Positions 27,700-39,898 of a stretch of 64,000 bases of DNA are shown one piece after another. The first letter of the stretch is position 1. Each line of letters begins with the position of its first letter. The notes under the pieces are model-generated. The model was not told where the DNA came from and did not search any database. It saw only the letters and a list, made by a program, of their open reading frames with translations. The stretch lies in the NCBI RefSeq assembly GCF_009914755.1, contig NC_060926.1. One strand, written 5' to 3'. Source of the stretch: the human T2T-CHM13v2.0 reference genome, Homo sapiens. The position numbers were made by a program, and so were the translations under genes.

Positions 27700-28230
27700 G
27701 TAACACCCTTGTATAATTCCCTCCCCTTGAGAGCAGATGTAACCTGAGACTTGTTTCTAGATGATAGAATATATCAAAGGTGATGGGATTGTTTCCCATG
27801 ATTATATTATATTGTACAGAACTTGGTCTTGGTAGCCTGGACTGAGAGGTTCTCCTACTGAGTTGAAGAAGTAAGCTATCATGTTATGAGAGGGCCTATA
27901 AGAGGTCCATGTGGTAAGGAACTGTGGGTGGTCTCTAGATCTCAGAGAGGATAAGCCAGGACCAGGGTGACAGCCCCAAGACAGCAGTCCTCCAGCTGCA
28001 AGGATATAAATTCTACCAATACGCCCATGATATATACAAATATACCAGTTCTGCCAGTATAACCACATGAGTTTAGAAGTGGACCTGAGGCTCCAGATAA
28101 GAACATAGCCTAGCCAGATTCTTGTGAGATCCAAAGCAGAGGACTGAGCTAAGCCATGCTCAGACTCCTGGCGCAGATAAACTATAAGGAACATGAATTG
28201 TTTTAACCTGTGGGTTTGTGGTGCTTTGTT
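27700..28230 (+). mobile_element. MLT1E/F-like MaLR LTR, 3' tip missing
   Basis: cctccccttgag...gacttgtttctag...ccatgtggtaaggaactg...ctaagccatgctcagactcctg...ttgttttaa...gtttgtggtgctttgtt. The usual ...aactaataca end is absent. Confidence 0.75.
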
Positions 28231-28328
28231 GACATTCCTGTTGTCTTGGCTAGGATTCTGGCTCACGTTTACTTTGAGAATCTCCTGCGAGCTCTTTTGT
28301 TCCCCAGTTCGCTCTTCTTCAAATTTGC
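28222..28328 (+). repeat. Segment A (107 bp), duplicated in inverted orientation at 30305-30410
   Basis: Its reverse complement matches 30305-30410 with about 7 differences. Confidence 0.97.
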
Positions 28329-28689
28329 CTGCCATAGGTTTCTTTTGAAAATGTAATCTTGATATGCAATCCTTCAATATCAAATGCATCAGTACCACCT
28401 TTTTGTATAGGATAAAGCCCATACTCCTCTACATATTGCAGAACGCCCTCTCCAGTTTGGTTCCACATTACCCTATGTTTCCTAACCTCTTGCTACCTCC
28501 TTCATGCACTGTTCATTCATTCTTTCTTTCAATCAACCGTGTACCTACATTTTGCCAGAAGCTGTTCTAGGCACTATGTATATGAAGCCTAAATAACAAT
28601 TTATCCCAAAATATGCCTCTAATTTAGTTGAAGGGACAGACAATTTAGTCAACAATCACAGTTCGGTATAAAAATGTCTATGGGTTGAA

Positions 28690-28900
28690 GAATAAAATGG
28701 TAAAATTCCAATTCCACCACTCACTATTTCTGGGAATTTAGGGAAGTCAACTTTTGTCTCTGCACCTCAGCATTCTCATATGTAAATACTGGAAATAACA
28801 TCTATTTCATATCATCATTTTTGAGAAGGATTAAACTAGATGATATAAATCAAGTTATTAGCATAATGCTGAATACTGAGTGAGAAACCAGTATTAGTTA
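28690..28900 (+). mobile_element. MIR SINE
   Basis: tctctgcacctcagcattctcatatgtaaatactggaaataac...aggattaaactagatgata. Confidence 0.7.
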
Positions 28901-29239
28901 AATTTTGATATTCAGTTTGTGTTTAATTTATCAACACTTTAAAGGGAGGAAAGACAAGAATCACAGAGGAGGTGGCAGGGCAGAGTGCCCAGGAGGAGTA
29001 AGCCTTGGGGTGATCATGGGAGGATGATGGAATTTGACCCAAATGTGGAGTTTTCAGGCAGGAGGACAACGTGTGTGAAGATTCAGATGCCTGAAATAGC
29101 AGGATGTGTTGCAGACACTAATGACGGGGTTTGTCTGAGAAACAGGTGCATGTGTGAGAATTCATTCAAAGCCCCTTTCATTTTTTTCCAACATTCATCT
29201 TTACTCTCCAAGAGGAAAAAAAGAAGAAAACTTAATCTG

Positions 29240-29440
29240 ATGCTTACTATGTGCCAGACATTGAAATGCTTTACGCATATGAATTTACGGAATCCTACCC
29301 AATGAGGTAGGTGGTACTCTCATCTCCATGTTGCAGATGAAGAAAGTGAAACCAAGAAAGGATGAATATTTTTCCCAAGGTCATAGAACTACTAACCGGT
29401 AGTCTGAGATTTGATCCCAAGCACTAGGAGAGCTCTTTAC
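29240..29440 (-). mobile_element. MIR SINE overlapping the outer end of the left inverted-repeat arm
   Basis: tgcttactatgtgccagac...ttgcagatgaagaaagtgaaacc...cccaaggtcatag...gatttgatccca. Confidence 0.8.
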
Positions 29441-29703
29441 CACATGTATAGGTGCTTCCCAAGTCCACCAAAACTAACAGATTCAAGTAAACACACAAGC
29501 AAGAAGGCAAACAGAGACACAATTAATTGGGTGGATGAAATCATTAAAGTTTACTTAGGCAAGCCCCTTCAACACAAGTGAGAAAACTGAAACTCAGAAA
29601 GGTTATGACTTTTCTTTCCTACTGAAGCTAATAAGTGGCAGTTCTAAGGGTAGATTCTAAATATCTTCAGCAACATAAATGAACTGGTACTTATGTCAGT
29701 GAC

Positions 29704-29752
<49 letters not shown>

Positions 29753-30307
29753 TCTCATGTATATGTATATATATTCTCATGTATATGTGTATATATTCTC
29801 AAGTATATGTATATACATATATGTATATATACACACCTATATACACACACATATATATATAGTCACTGACATAAGTACCAGTTCATTTATGTTGCTGAAG
29901 ATACTTGGAATCTACCCTTAGAATGCTTAGAACTGCCACTTAGTAGCTTCAGTATGAAAGAAAAGTCATAACCTTTCTGAGTTTCAGTTTTCTCACTTGT
30001 GTTGAAGGGGCTCACCTAGGTAAACTTTAATGATTTCATCCACTCAGTTAATTGTGTCTCCGTTTGCCTTCTTCCTTGTGTGTTTACTTGAATCTCTTAG
30101 TTTTGGTGGACTTGGGAAGCATCTATACATGTGGTAAAGAGCTCTCTCAGTGCTTGGGATCAAATCTCAGACTACCAGTTAGTAGTTCTATGACCTTGGG
30201 AAAAATATTCATCCTTTCCTGGTTTCACTTTCTTCATCTGCAACATGGAGATGAAAGTACCACCTACCTCTTTGGCTAGGATTCCATAAATTCATATATG
30301 TAAAGCA
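29267..30307. repeat. Long inverted repeat: arms 29267-29714 and 29851-30307, 136-bp microsatellite spacer
   Basis: Manual alignment gives ~23 substitutions and one 9-bp indel (cattctaag) over ~448 bp, about 95% identity. Confidence 0.98.
29704..29861. repeat. Compound (TA)n/(CA)n microsatellite with 3 copies of atatattctcatgtatatgt
   Basis: Read directly from the sequence. Confidence 0.95.
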
Positions 30308-30479
30308 AATTTAAAGAAGAGCAAACTGGGGACAGAAAGAGCTCTCAGGAGATTCTCAAGTAAACGTGAGCCAGAACCCTAGCCAAGACAACAGGAATGT
30401 CAACAAAGCATATTCCTGTATATGTATACATACATATATACACACAGTATGCATGCACACATATGTGTGTTTATATATT

Positions 30480-30541
30480 TATGTGCATCAAGAATATTCA
30501 TTTAGTACACTATGTGTGTCAAGAATATTCATTTAGTACAG
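30480..30541. repeat. 31-bp tandem duplication
   Basis: tatgtgcatcaagaatattcatttagtacac / tatgtgtgtcaagaatattcatttagtacag. Confidence 0.92.
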
Positions 30542-30889
30542 TAAATAATTTGTTGGGCCTTTGCCCCCTGAAACTATAGGCTTGGCATGTAAAATCAATC
30601 AGACGTGCCCTTCCAGTTGAATAGCATTGAGAAAGCAGCCCCTCACACCACTTTGGAACATACACAAGGAGTGTTAGATATAATATTCCTTGTTAATAGC
30701 TTACAGTCTTACTGAACAAAAAGAATATTTAAAATGAGTAAAATAGAGGCTACTAATGTATATACTAAAAAGTGATCATTGCAAAATACAGATAATCAAT
30801 TCAAAAGGCCCAAAGTCATCAGACATCACTGTTTCTGTGTTTTACTTTCCAAAACACACTTCTAAATGTGTCTGGCTGTCACACATAAT

Positions 30890-31500
30890 TTCTTCATTTC
30901 ATCATTTCAAAAATATTTTTGAATGCCTATTAAGTGCAATGTACTATTTCTAGGCATTTGGGATGCAAAACAGACATGATCCCAGCCCTGGTGAAGCCTA
31001 TTCTATACCAGAGGAAGATAAACAATACATAATACACATAACAAAAATTATATAATATGTTGTATAGTGATGAATTCCAGGAAACAGAATATCAGATAAG
31101 GGTGACCTGGAGGTGAGAGGTACAGTATTAAATAGGAGCATCAGGGTAACCCTTTAAAGATGACTATTGAGGAAAAACTTAACAATAATGAAAGTTACAG
31201 GCAATTAGATATCTAAAATAAGAGTCTTCCAGGCGGACACACACCAAGGCAAAGGCCTTGGTGTGTTTAGGAGATACCAAGGAGGTCAGGGTGTTTGAAA
31301 CAACATGACTAGGGGCAAAAAATAGTAGAAGGAGAAATAACAGAGCCAGTACATGTAGAGTCCTCTACCCCACTTTGAAATGAAGAGTCACTGTAGAGAG
31401 TTCAGCAGACAACTATCACAATCCAACAAATGTTTTAATTCTTTTCTCAGCAAGAACTGCATAAGAATGCTGCAGCCACCCAGGTGAAAGGTGATGATGG
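30890..31500 (-). mobile_element. L2 LINE 3' fragment
   Basis: tcatttcaaaaatatttttgaatgcctatt...tctaggcatttgggatgca...caaggcaaaggccttgg, reverse L2 3' end. Confidence 0.65.
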
Positions 31501-31589
31501 CACGCTATCTAGATCCTGCCGTACAATAATGAATAAAAGTGGTGACCATTGACCACTGTTTGTTCCCAATGGCAGAGGGAGGCTTCCAA

Positions 31590-33220
31590 CACTTCACCAT
31601 TCAATGTCATGTTTCCTATAGATTGCTAGGAAGCTAACAATTGATTCTTAAATTCAATTCCTAATTTCCTATGTTATTCTTTAAATCCTGAGTGTATGTT
31701 ACAGTTTATAGGATGCTGCTTCTGACTTCATATAGTTTTAGTCTCCAACTTATTTAAATGTGATGAATTACGTTGACTAATTTTGTAATATTAAAAGAAT
31801 TTTGCCTTATTAAAATAATACTCTTATGGTGCTTTGTTTGGTGCTTACTTTTGACTTTGCACTGTGCACTGCCCTTAAAAAATTATTTGTGGCAATTATT
31901 TCAGTCATAGGACAAAGGTTCTTTTTTTTTCAGAATAATTCTGTGTTTGCTTGCCAACATTGGATACTGTCAAGCTCCTGAAATTGTTACCATTAATATA
32001 GTTCCTAATATTGAGGTACATGCACATTATTGAGATAAAAATCTATTTTGTCATAGTTTGTTATTATTTAACACACTGCTGAATTGTATTCCCTGGCATG
32101 TATTTATGACCTTTGAATGGAAAATCAAAAGTGAAACTGTTCTATTTTTGTCTCGTACCAGAATTTTCTTATTTAGGCACAAAATTTACATGTCTTGTAG
32201 AATAAGTTGAGAGATTTTTCTCTTTTTTTTTCTCTTCTCTTAGGTAAAGTGTATATCACAGGAACTTTTACAATTTGTTTATCATTTCTTTGCTTTCCTT
32301 TTTATTTTACCTGATTGCTATTGGACTAATAAAGATTTCTATAATCCATCTTTTCTAATGATTTAAAGCTATAAATTATTCTTGTAGTCTTCAAATATTT
32401 TACTGAAATTTAACTACACACTTGTTTTCTAGTAAAGTCTAAAGTTATTCAATGGTTTTCTCCCTTCCAAAACTTGTCAAGAATTTTAGAATGCTTTAAA
32501 AATGCATTAGCACTCCCATTATGTTATTGCCATCTACATTTTTAGTTTCACCTTTTAAATACAAAAAATCTTTTAAATTTATAGACATAATTGTCGTGTG
32601 TGTGCAAGCATGCATTCACCTTTTTCCTCATTGCCATGCTCTGAGCTTCCATCTTCTCTACCTAAAGTGCTCATTGTAATAAATCTTATGGTCTTATTCT
32701 GTAAGTGATAAGCAGGCTTATCAAGGTAACAAAAATTACCTTTACACAACCATCCCACAGAAATGAAGATGTAGCTGAGTCAAAAGTTGAGGTTAACTGT
32801 GAGTTTCCTTCAGGATTTTAAGCATTTGATTTTTTCTTCTGGACATTGTTCTGGGACCTACATCTGCCCTCATTTAAACTACAATTTATCTGAAGGTCAT
32901 CTGCCTTTTCTCTCTGCTAGCTTTTTGCATTTCTCTCTTTTTCTCTAATGACATATAATGTTGCTCCTATGTGTCAAGTTGTGGATTTTTTGTTTTTATT
33001 TATCCTGGATGGCATATGGCATGGATTTTTTGACCAAGAACTCAGAGTTTCTGAAAACATCAATCACACCTTCCATGTCTTCGTATATTGCTTCTCCACC
33101 AGCATGTCCATCTTTTCTTCCACAATTCCTACTAGACATATGGTGTGGCCTGTCAATCTGTACTCCACTCACTTAAGGAGTCCATTTCCTCCAATCTATT
33201 ATGATCTTTAATTTTAATTT
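31590..33220 (-). mobile_element. Degraded old L1 (L1M/L1ME-type) fragments
   Basis: T-rich strand asymmetry with scattered reverse L1-like blocks. Boundaries are approximate. Confidence 0.45.
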
Positions 33221-33234
33221 TTACAAATGCCAAG

Positions 33235-33647
33235 TGTATAAGCCAGGGTTCTCCAGAGAAACAGAACAATGAGGGGGGCTTTGAAAGAGATTTAAAAGAG
33301 ATGCATTATAAGGAATTGGCTCATGTGACTACGAAGCTAAGACGTCCAAAACCTGCAGTGGGTGGCAAGCCAAAGATCTAAGACAGCCAATGATACTGTT
33401 CCAGTCCAAAGGGCAGCAAGTGGAGACCTGGGAGAGTCGATGGTTCCAATGAAGTTGAAGAGCAGTCTGCTGGAGAGTTTTCCTTTTGCTTGGGGAAGTC
33501 CGCTTTCATTCTCTTCAGGCTTTCAACTGATTTGATAAGGTCCACCCACATTAACGAGGGCAATCTCCTTCAGCCAAAATTCATCAAACTAAATTAATCT
33601 CATCCAAAAAATACCCTCCAAGTTGATACATGAAACTAACCATCATA
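33235..33647 (-). mobile_element. MLT2 (ERVL) solo LTR
   Basis: cagggttctccagagaaacagaac...aggaattggctca...aagttgatacatgaaactaaccatca are MLT2 hallmarks. Confidence 0.88.
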
Positions 33648-34797
33648 AGCAAGATCTGAATTAGACTTTTTAAACATTTTTTTCTGTTTTACTTTCTTCA
33701 TAATTCTTGTTCATTTTAATAGATGTTAGTCATTTTTTATCTTTTGACATCCCAAACACACCTATATTAATTATTTAAAATAACAAAAAGTTCATTTTAT
33801 AAAAATGGATTGAGATTGGGATTATTAGCTATGTTCACCTTTTTAACATTTGACCCCTTCATGTTGTTTAGAGTTGTATTTGTAGCGTCATTTGAGGTGC
33901 ACAGACCCCCTCTCTCTGTACACAACCCTCTCAGTGTAGAAAGTCTGGGATTGTCTCATGCCAGTTTCCATCCTAGGCTTGAAATAGCAGGCCTAGGCTT
34001 TGCTTCATAGTGATTCTGAGACTATGACAAATTCAGAAGGAGGCTTGGTGCCTTTCCTTGCTCATCCATTTTTTGTTTGTATGTTTTCTTTTTTCTCTTA
34101 CCTCTTAGGCCTATAGCTTCCTCTAAAGCCATGGATCCAGCAGATTTTCTGCAAAAGATTTTTTTTCAGTCTTTCTTTCCTGGTTATGAAGGAGACCCTG
34201 CACGTGTCTCCTATCTCCGGCTGAATATGGAATAGTTTCTTCTTCACAGTTACTCCGCTGAGCTTAGCTTCTCTCTCCCACTTTTTGCTTTCTTATCGGC
34301 TAGAAGGACTATGGTCTCTAGCTATAAGAGGGTAACTTGAGACCAATAATCTAGCCAAGAAAAAAATGGTAAAAGCTAGAGAACATTTTTAAAACGTTAT
34401 TTGGAGACTGGAGATATAATGAGGCCCCCTCGGGCCTGAGAAGCCAGATCCTAAAGAAAATGAGGCCCATTCAGGTGAAGCACAATTCTCAGGAAGCCTT
34501 GTCTACCCTTGGGGCTTTGCCTATTCTTGGTGTAAGACGTGAAGATGAAATGCTTGGCAGAGCCTCAGCAGTACAAGACAGAAAACCCGCAAAGATATTA
34601 AATACCTCATGAGGCTGAAGTGGTTTTTCTTTTTTACATGGAGTTTTGCAGGTGCCAAGGCAGTCAGAACCCGAGAAACCAAGGTCTGTGAGAAAAAAGA
34701 GGTGAAAGGCAGTAAACCTGATGCTGAGTGGTTGAGAGCTGAGCTTATCATCCTCCACATTCTCGATGTGCCAAGCCTTTTAGTTCTTTACTAGGGG

Positions 34798-34972
34798 AGG
34801 GGGGAGTCCTCGCATTGTAAGATGTTTAGCAGTATCCCTGGCCTCTACCCACCGATGCCAGGAGCAACCCACTCCCCAGCCCCTCTCTCCAGAGTTGTAA
34901 GAACCAAAAAGTGTCTTCAGACATCACCTAATGTCCTCTGAGGAGCAAAACCACTTTGGCTGAAAACCAAAG
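34798..34972 (-). mobile_element. MER20 (hAT-Charlie) fragment
   Basis: cattgtaagatgtttagcagtatccctggcctctacccac...gatgccag...accaaaaagtgtcttcagacat. Confidence 0.88.
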
Positions 34973-34977
34973 CTTAG

Positions 34978-35303
<326 letters not shown>

Positions 35304-35699
35304 CGTATTTGCCAAATTCTTAAGCTGTGCAGGATGAGAGGCTAAGAAAACAAACAGAAAAAGAGCTGGATAACAGAGTAGAATTTTCAAGTTACAAGGT
35401 ACCGAGGTGAAAAAATTTAGAGTTTCCTGGGTGCAGGGAAAGATCCTAACAAACAATCCAGGCTCTAAACTGGTGCCTCTGGAGAGTAGTACACCTAGAC
35501 TGGGATGATCCATTCTAGTCTGTGCCTGCCAACAATGGAAACCCAGCCGTTAATAAGCTCAGGCCCTGATTAGAGAGATCTGCTCTACCATAGCTGCCTG
35601 CCAGACAGCAAGGGGAATCGTACCTAGAGGAAGATAATGCCAGCCAGAAACCCTATAATGTTTTATACAGAATGTCCTGCATTCAATCAAAACTTACCT

Positions 35700-36845
35700 T
35701 CCACACCAAGTAAGAGGACCAAGGGAAAATAAAACAGATAATAAAATAGATCCATAGGCAAACCAAGTATTCGATTAATCAAATATGGATATTCAAATAA
35801 CTATTATTCAACAAATCAGTTTTATAAGGTCAAGAAAGTAGATGGCAAGATTGTAGTTATAAATCTTAAATCTTCAATTAAGTATTCAAATATAACTTTT
35901 AGAACTAAAGGTATAACTGCAAATGAGAAATTAAAAGATGGCTTTAATTAACAGTAGACAGGACACAGCAAAAGAGAGACTGTTAAGCTGAAAGAAAAGT
36001 CAATAGAAAATATTCAGACTAAATCCTGGAGAACAAATGAGATAAAATATGCAGAAAAGAACATACCAATTGTATGCAACATGGCAAAGAGGGTCTAATT
36101 GTAACTGGAGCACAAAAAAGTAAAAGACAAAAAGTAGCATGAAAGCAATATTTTAAGCCTAAGAATTTTCTAAAATAGTCAAAGGCATCCAATTATATAT
36201 TCATGAAGTTCTATAAACCCCAAGCAGATTAAACCAAAAGAAAGAAAATCCGGTGCATCAAAATAATTTTTGAAAACCAACAAAGAAAAATGAAATGTTT
36301 AAAGAATACAGAGCAAATAAGATATATTACCTTCCAAAGTAATATGAATATAACACTGCAAATTGATTCTTTAACAAAAGCAATAGAAGCCAAAAACAAT
36401 TGAATGGCATTATTTAAATGCTGAAAGAAAAGTCCTATAATTCCCACCTGGAATCCTGTATCCCACAAAAATGTTCTTCAAAAGGAAAGACAAAATTAAA
36501 ATATTTCCAAAGAAACAAAACCTAGGAAATCTGTTGTCAGTAAATGTAAACTAAAGTGAATACTGAAGGGAGGTTTTCAGTCTAAGGGCAAATGACCCCA
36601 GGTGAACAAAGTACAGAAGTATGAGAAAGAATGAAAAGTGATTGAAAAGGAAAATATGTACATTAATCTAAATATTAACAGTTCAAAACAATCGTAATAA
36701 TAATCTCTCCAGGGAGCTTAAATATTTGTTGAATTAGAATGTGAGAAAACAGGAACATAAAAGATGGGAAGGGAATCAATGGAGTTTAAAGTGTTTTAAG
36801 TTCCAAGATCAGCCTGGGAAGTGGTAAAACTAGGAATTAATAGTG
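35700..36845 (+). mobile_element. Old L1 (L1M) ORF1-region remnant
   Basis: A-rich; agaattttctaaaat, aaccccaagcagatt, aatagaagccaaaaacaattgaat...tttaaatgctgaaagaaaa, aaaatgttcttcaaaa resemble L1 ORF1. Many stops. Confidence 0.7.
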
Positions 36846-36850
36846 GGCTT

Positions 36851-37286
36851 TGTATTAGTTTCCTATTTCTGCTGTAACAAATTACCACAAACTTAGTGGC
36901 TTAAAACGATATAAATTCATTATCTTACAATTCTGTAACTCAGAGATCCAAAATGAGTCAGCAGAGCTGCATTCCTCCTCAAGGCTCCAGGGACAATCAC
37001 TTCCTTGTCTTCTCCAGCTTCTAGAGGCTGGTCCACATTCCTTGGCTCGGGCACCATATCACTGTTACCATTGCTGCTTCCGTCGTCACACCTCCTTCCT
37101 CTGACTCTGACACTCTTGCTACCCTCTTATAAGGACCTTTGTGATTAAGCTCCCATCTCAAGTTCCCTAATTTAATCACATCCACAAAATTTCTTTTGCC
37201 ACATAAGAAAATGCATTCACATTTTCTAGAGGACATCATGCAGAAAATTTCAGTGGGAAGAGGCATTCATTATTCTGTCTATGACA
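36851..37286 (-). mobile_element. MLT1C/D-like MaLR solo LTR
   Basis: tgtattagtttcctatttctgctgtaacaaattaccacaaacttagtggcttaaaac...ttattctgtctatgaca. Confidence 0.88.
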
Positions 37287-38980
37287 GTGGGCTAGCTAGC
37301 CTCCCTAAATTCATAACTGTCCCACTTTCATCCTATTCCAACATCCCCCAAAGTCTCAAGCCATTACATTATCATATTTCCATTTCCACTGGCTGACTTA
37401 TTCCTTTGACTTGTTTCATACCCTCTTTTTCTCTTACTTTGATGGTTGTAGTGAACTTCTAACTTCCTTCAATTACATTCAGCATTTTTAGTCCAGGGAG
37501 TCCAGAGAGAGGCCATGCCAGGTGCTGACTGTGTGTTTACTCAAGATTCTCCCTACAGAGGGGTTATCTGGGGCATTTCAAATGAGAAGATTTGTATGAA
37601 GAAGTTTGGAGAATCAAATCAAGCCCTGAGTTCAGGATAACCAAATAGTTGGAATTATAAAAGGAAAAAATCAAATATTAACCTTGAGAAGAATACAAAA
37701 TAAATGGAGCGAACAATGTGCCATACGTTTTTCAATACTGTGACTGAATAATGGGCCACCTTCTACAGCAGCTTTACTGTGCCTTGGTGGACAGAGGCTA
37801 GAGAATTAATTAAGTGCCACTGGGTCAAATAACCCCTTCCATTTTCTTCTGCAAAGGACCAAAAATCTCTACAATACGTATTTGCCTTTTTTACCCCAGA
37901 ACCTGCTAGGGACACTTTAGTGCTTCCATAAAACCTGCAGTATCAAGCCAATGTCTTGGTTTCATATAAAGATGTTTCTTTGTATTGTCTCTATCTCTCT
38001 CTTCTATTGCTCCCCAACCATCCCCTGTACTTCCTGTGTATACAACTATGTGAAGTTCCTTAAAGACATCATGTTCTTTGCTTGTGCGTGTATCTGCACA
38101 TGCTATTATCTCAGCTTGGAGGTTTTTTTTTTTCCTCTTCTGCCCAGGGATTTCCTCATCATCTTTCAGCATTCACTTCTTCTTTTATCCTTTTTTGATC
38201 TCTTCATGGAAAGATATGTGTTAGCATTTGCCACATAAAGATGTATATTTTTATTAAAATTTAACTTACCTAAAAAATTTGCAGATGCTAACTTGCCATG
38301 AAATTTTACAATTGTATATACCTGTGTAATCACCATACAAAAACAAGCTATAGAACATTTGAAAAAGTTATTTTACTCATCTCTTCAGTCAATAAAGCTG
38401 CAGCTTTTATGTCATTTTCTTACCCATTGTATCATTGAGGACAAGAATTATTTCTTATTAATCACTGTACTTTCAGTGTCCATCATAAGATTTAAGAAAC
38501 AATAAGTATTCAAATACCATGTACTAAATACATGAACCAATTAAAAGATCTTAGCATAGGTAGTATTTTCACAAATAAAGAAAGGAAAGAAACATAAGTA
38601 GGAAAATGATATAAAAATGCATAAATATGGTAATGATATAACTGCCAATATAGTTTAAGTACAGAGTACAGACCATGTGCTTAAGGATGTGGAAACAGAC
38701 TTTTGAAATTGTCTATGACTTAACAAGCCTCACTTTTACTCTTTCACTTACAATATTAAAAATAAAATACTTAGATTCAAATTTAACAAAAATGTGCAAA
38801 CTATAAAACATTGTTCAGAGAATTTAAAGACCTCAAAAATGGAGAGTTATACCATAGATCAGAAGACTCAACGTTGTTAAGATGTCAATTCTTCCTAAAT
38901 TGGTCTGGGGATTTTATTTTTTTTTTTGTAAAAATTGACACACGGATTCTAACATTTATGTAAAAATGCAAAGAACTCAG

Positions 38981-39030
38981 AATAGCCGAACAGTTTTGAA
39001 AATGCCTCATTTCAAAACTGTTTGGCTATT
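38981..39030. repeat. Hairpin with 21-bp arms and 8-nt loop inside L1
   Basis: aatagccgaacagttttgaaa-atgcctca-tttcaaaactgtttggctatt; one mismatch (G-T). Confidence 0.95.
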
Positions 39031-39209
39031 ATGCTACCTGATTTCAAAAATTCATATAAAGCTACAGTAATCAAGAGAGTATGGTATGGCGTGAAGATAT
39101 ATACATATGCATATATCTTTTTTATTGAAATATAAGTTGAGGAAAATCTGCATATGTATACATCTGTGTATTTTCACAATATATAAATATATATTCATAT
39201 GTATATATA

Positions 39210-39430
39210 CACAGATGCTCAACTTATATTTTAATAAATCTATAATAAGTCAAAAAATATCTTGTCAAAAATGTATTCAGTGTCCCTGCCACGAACTTGA
39301 AAAATTGTAAGTCAAACCATCTTAGGTACAGGTGCTCCTTAACTTACAATGGGGTTATCTCCCAGCAAACCTCTTGAAAGTTGAAAAATTGTAAGTTGAA
39401 CTATCCATCATAAGTTTGGTACAATCTGTG
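39210..39430. mobile_element. MER47/Tigger5-like DNA transposon remnants (two short adjacent copies)
   Basis: ta-cagatgctc... and ta-caggtgctccttaacttacaatggggtta...gttgaaaaattgtaagttgaac match the MER47 TIR region. Confidence 0.7.
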
Positions 39431-39523
39431 TGTGTCTATGTGTGTGTGAATAATCACTGGAAAATAATAGAGTCCAGAAATGAAGTGACAGATATATGGT
39501 CAATAAATTTTTAACAAAGATGC

Positions 39524-39898
39524 TGATATGGCTTGGCTCTGTGTCCCCATTCAAATTTTGTCTTGAATTGTACTCCCATAATTCCTGCATGTTGTGGGAG
39601 AGACCTGGTGGGAGATAATTGAATCATGGGGGCAGTTTCCCCCATACTGTTCTTGTGGTAGTGAATAAGTCTCAGGAGATCAATGGTTTTATCAGGGGTT
39701 TCCACTTTTAAGTCTTCCTGATTCTCCCTCTGCCTGCTGCCATCCACGTAAGACAGCACTTGCTCTTACTTGCCTTCTGCCATGATTGTGAGGCTTCCCC
39801 AGCCACCTGGAACTGGAAGTCCAATTAAACCTCTTTCATTTGTAAAATGGCTAGTCTTGAGTATGTATTTATCAGCAGCGTGAAAACAGACTAATACA
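39524..39898 (+). mobile_element. THE1 (A/B-like) MaLR solo LTR
   Basis: tgatatggcttggctctgtgtcccc...aaacagactaataca, with a perfect 5-bp TSD GATGC. Confidence 0.95.

Noticed and set aside
27802-28422. Longest ORF (206 aa, - strand)
   Set aside because: It runs antisense through an MLT1 LTR and L2-like DNA and resembles no protein family I recognise; a chance ORF.
29735-29815. Repeated ~20-bp units resembling a repeat-spacer array
   Set aside because: Simple microsatellite-derived tandem units without unique spacers, in eukaryotic DNA with no cas genes; not CRISPR.
29662-29903. Perfect identity of the innermost ~53 bp of the long inverted repeat, suggesting a gene-conversion gradient
   Set aside because: Another perfect run of similar length lies further out, and such runs are expected at ~5% divergence.
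36842-37293. gtgggct on both sides of the MLT1C/D LTR as an unusually long TSD
   Set aside because: It does not fit the 5-bp MaLR TSD register exactly, and the element is too old to call this confidently.
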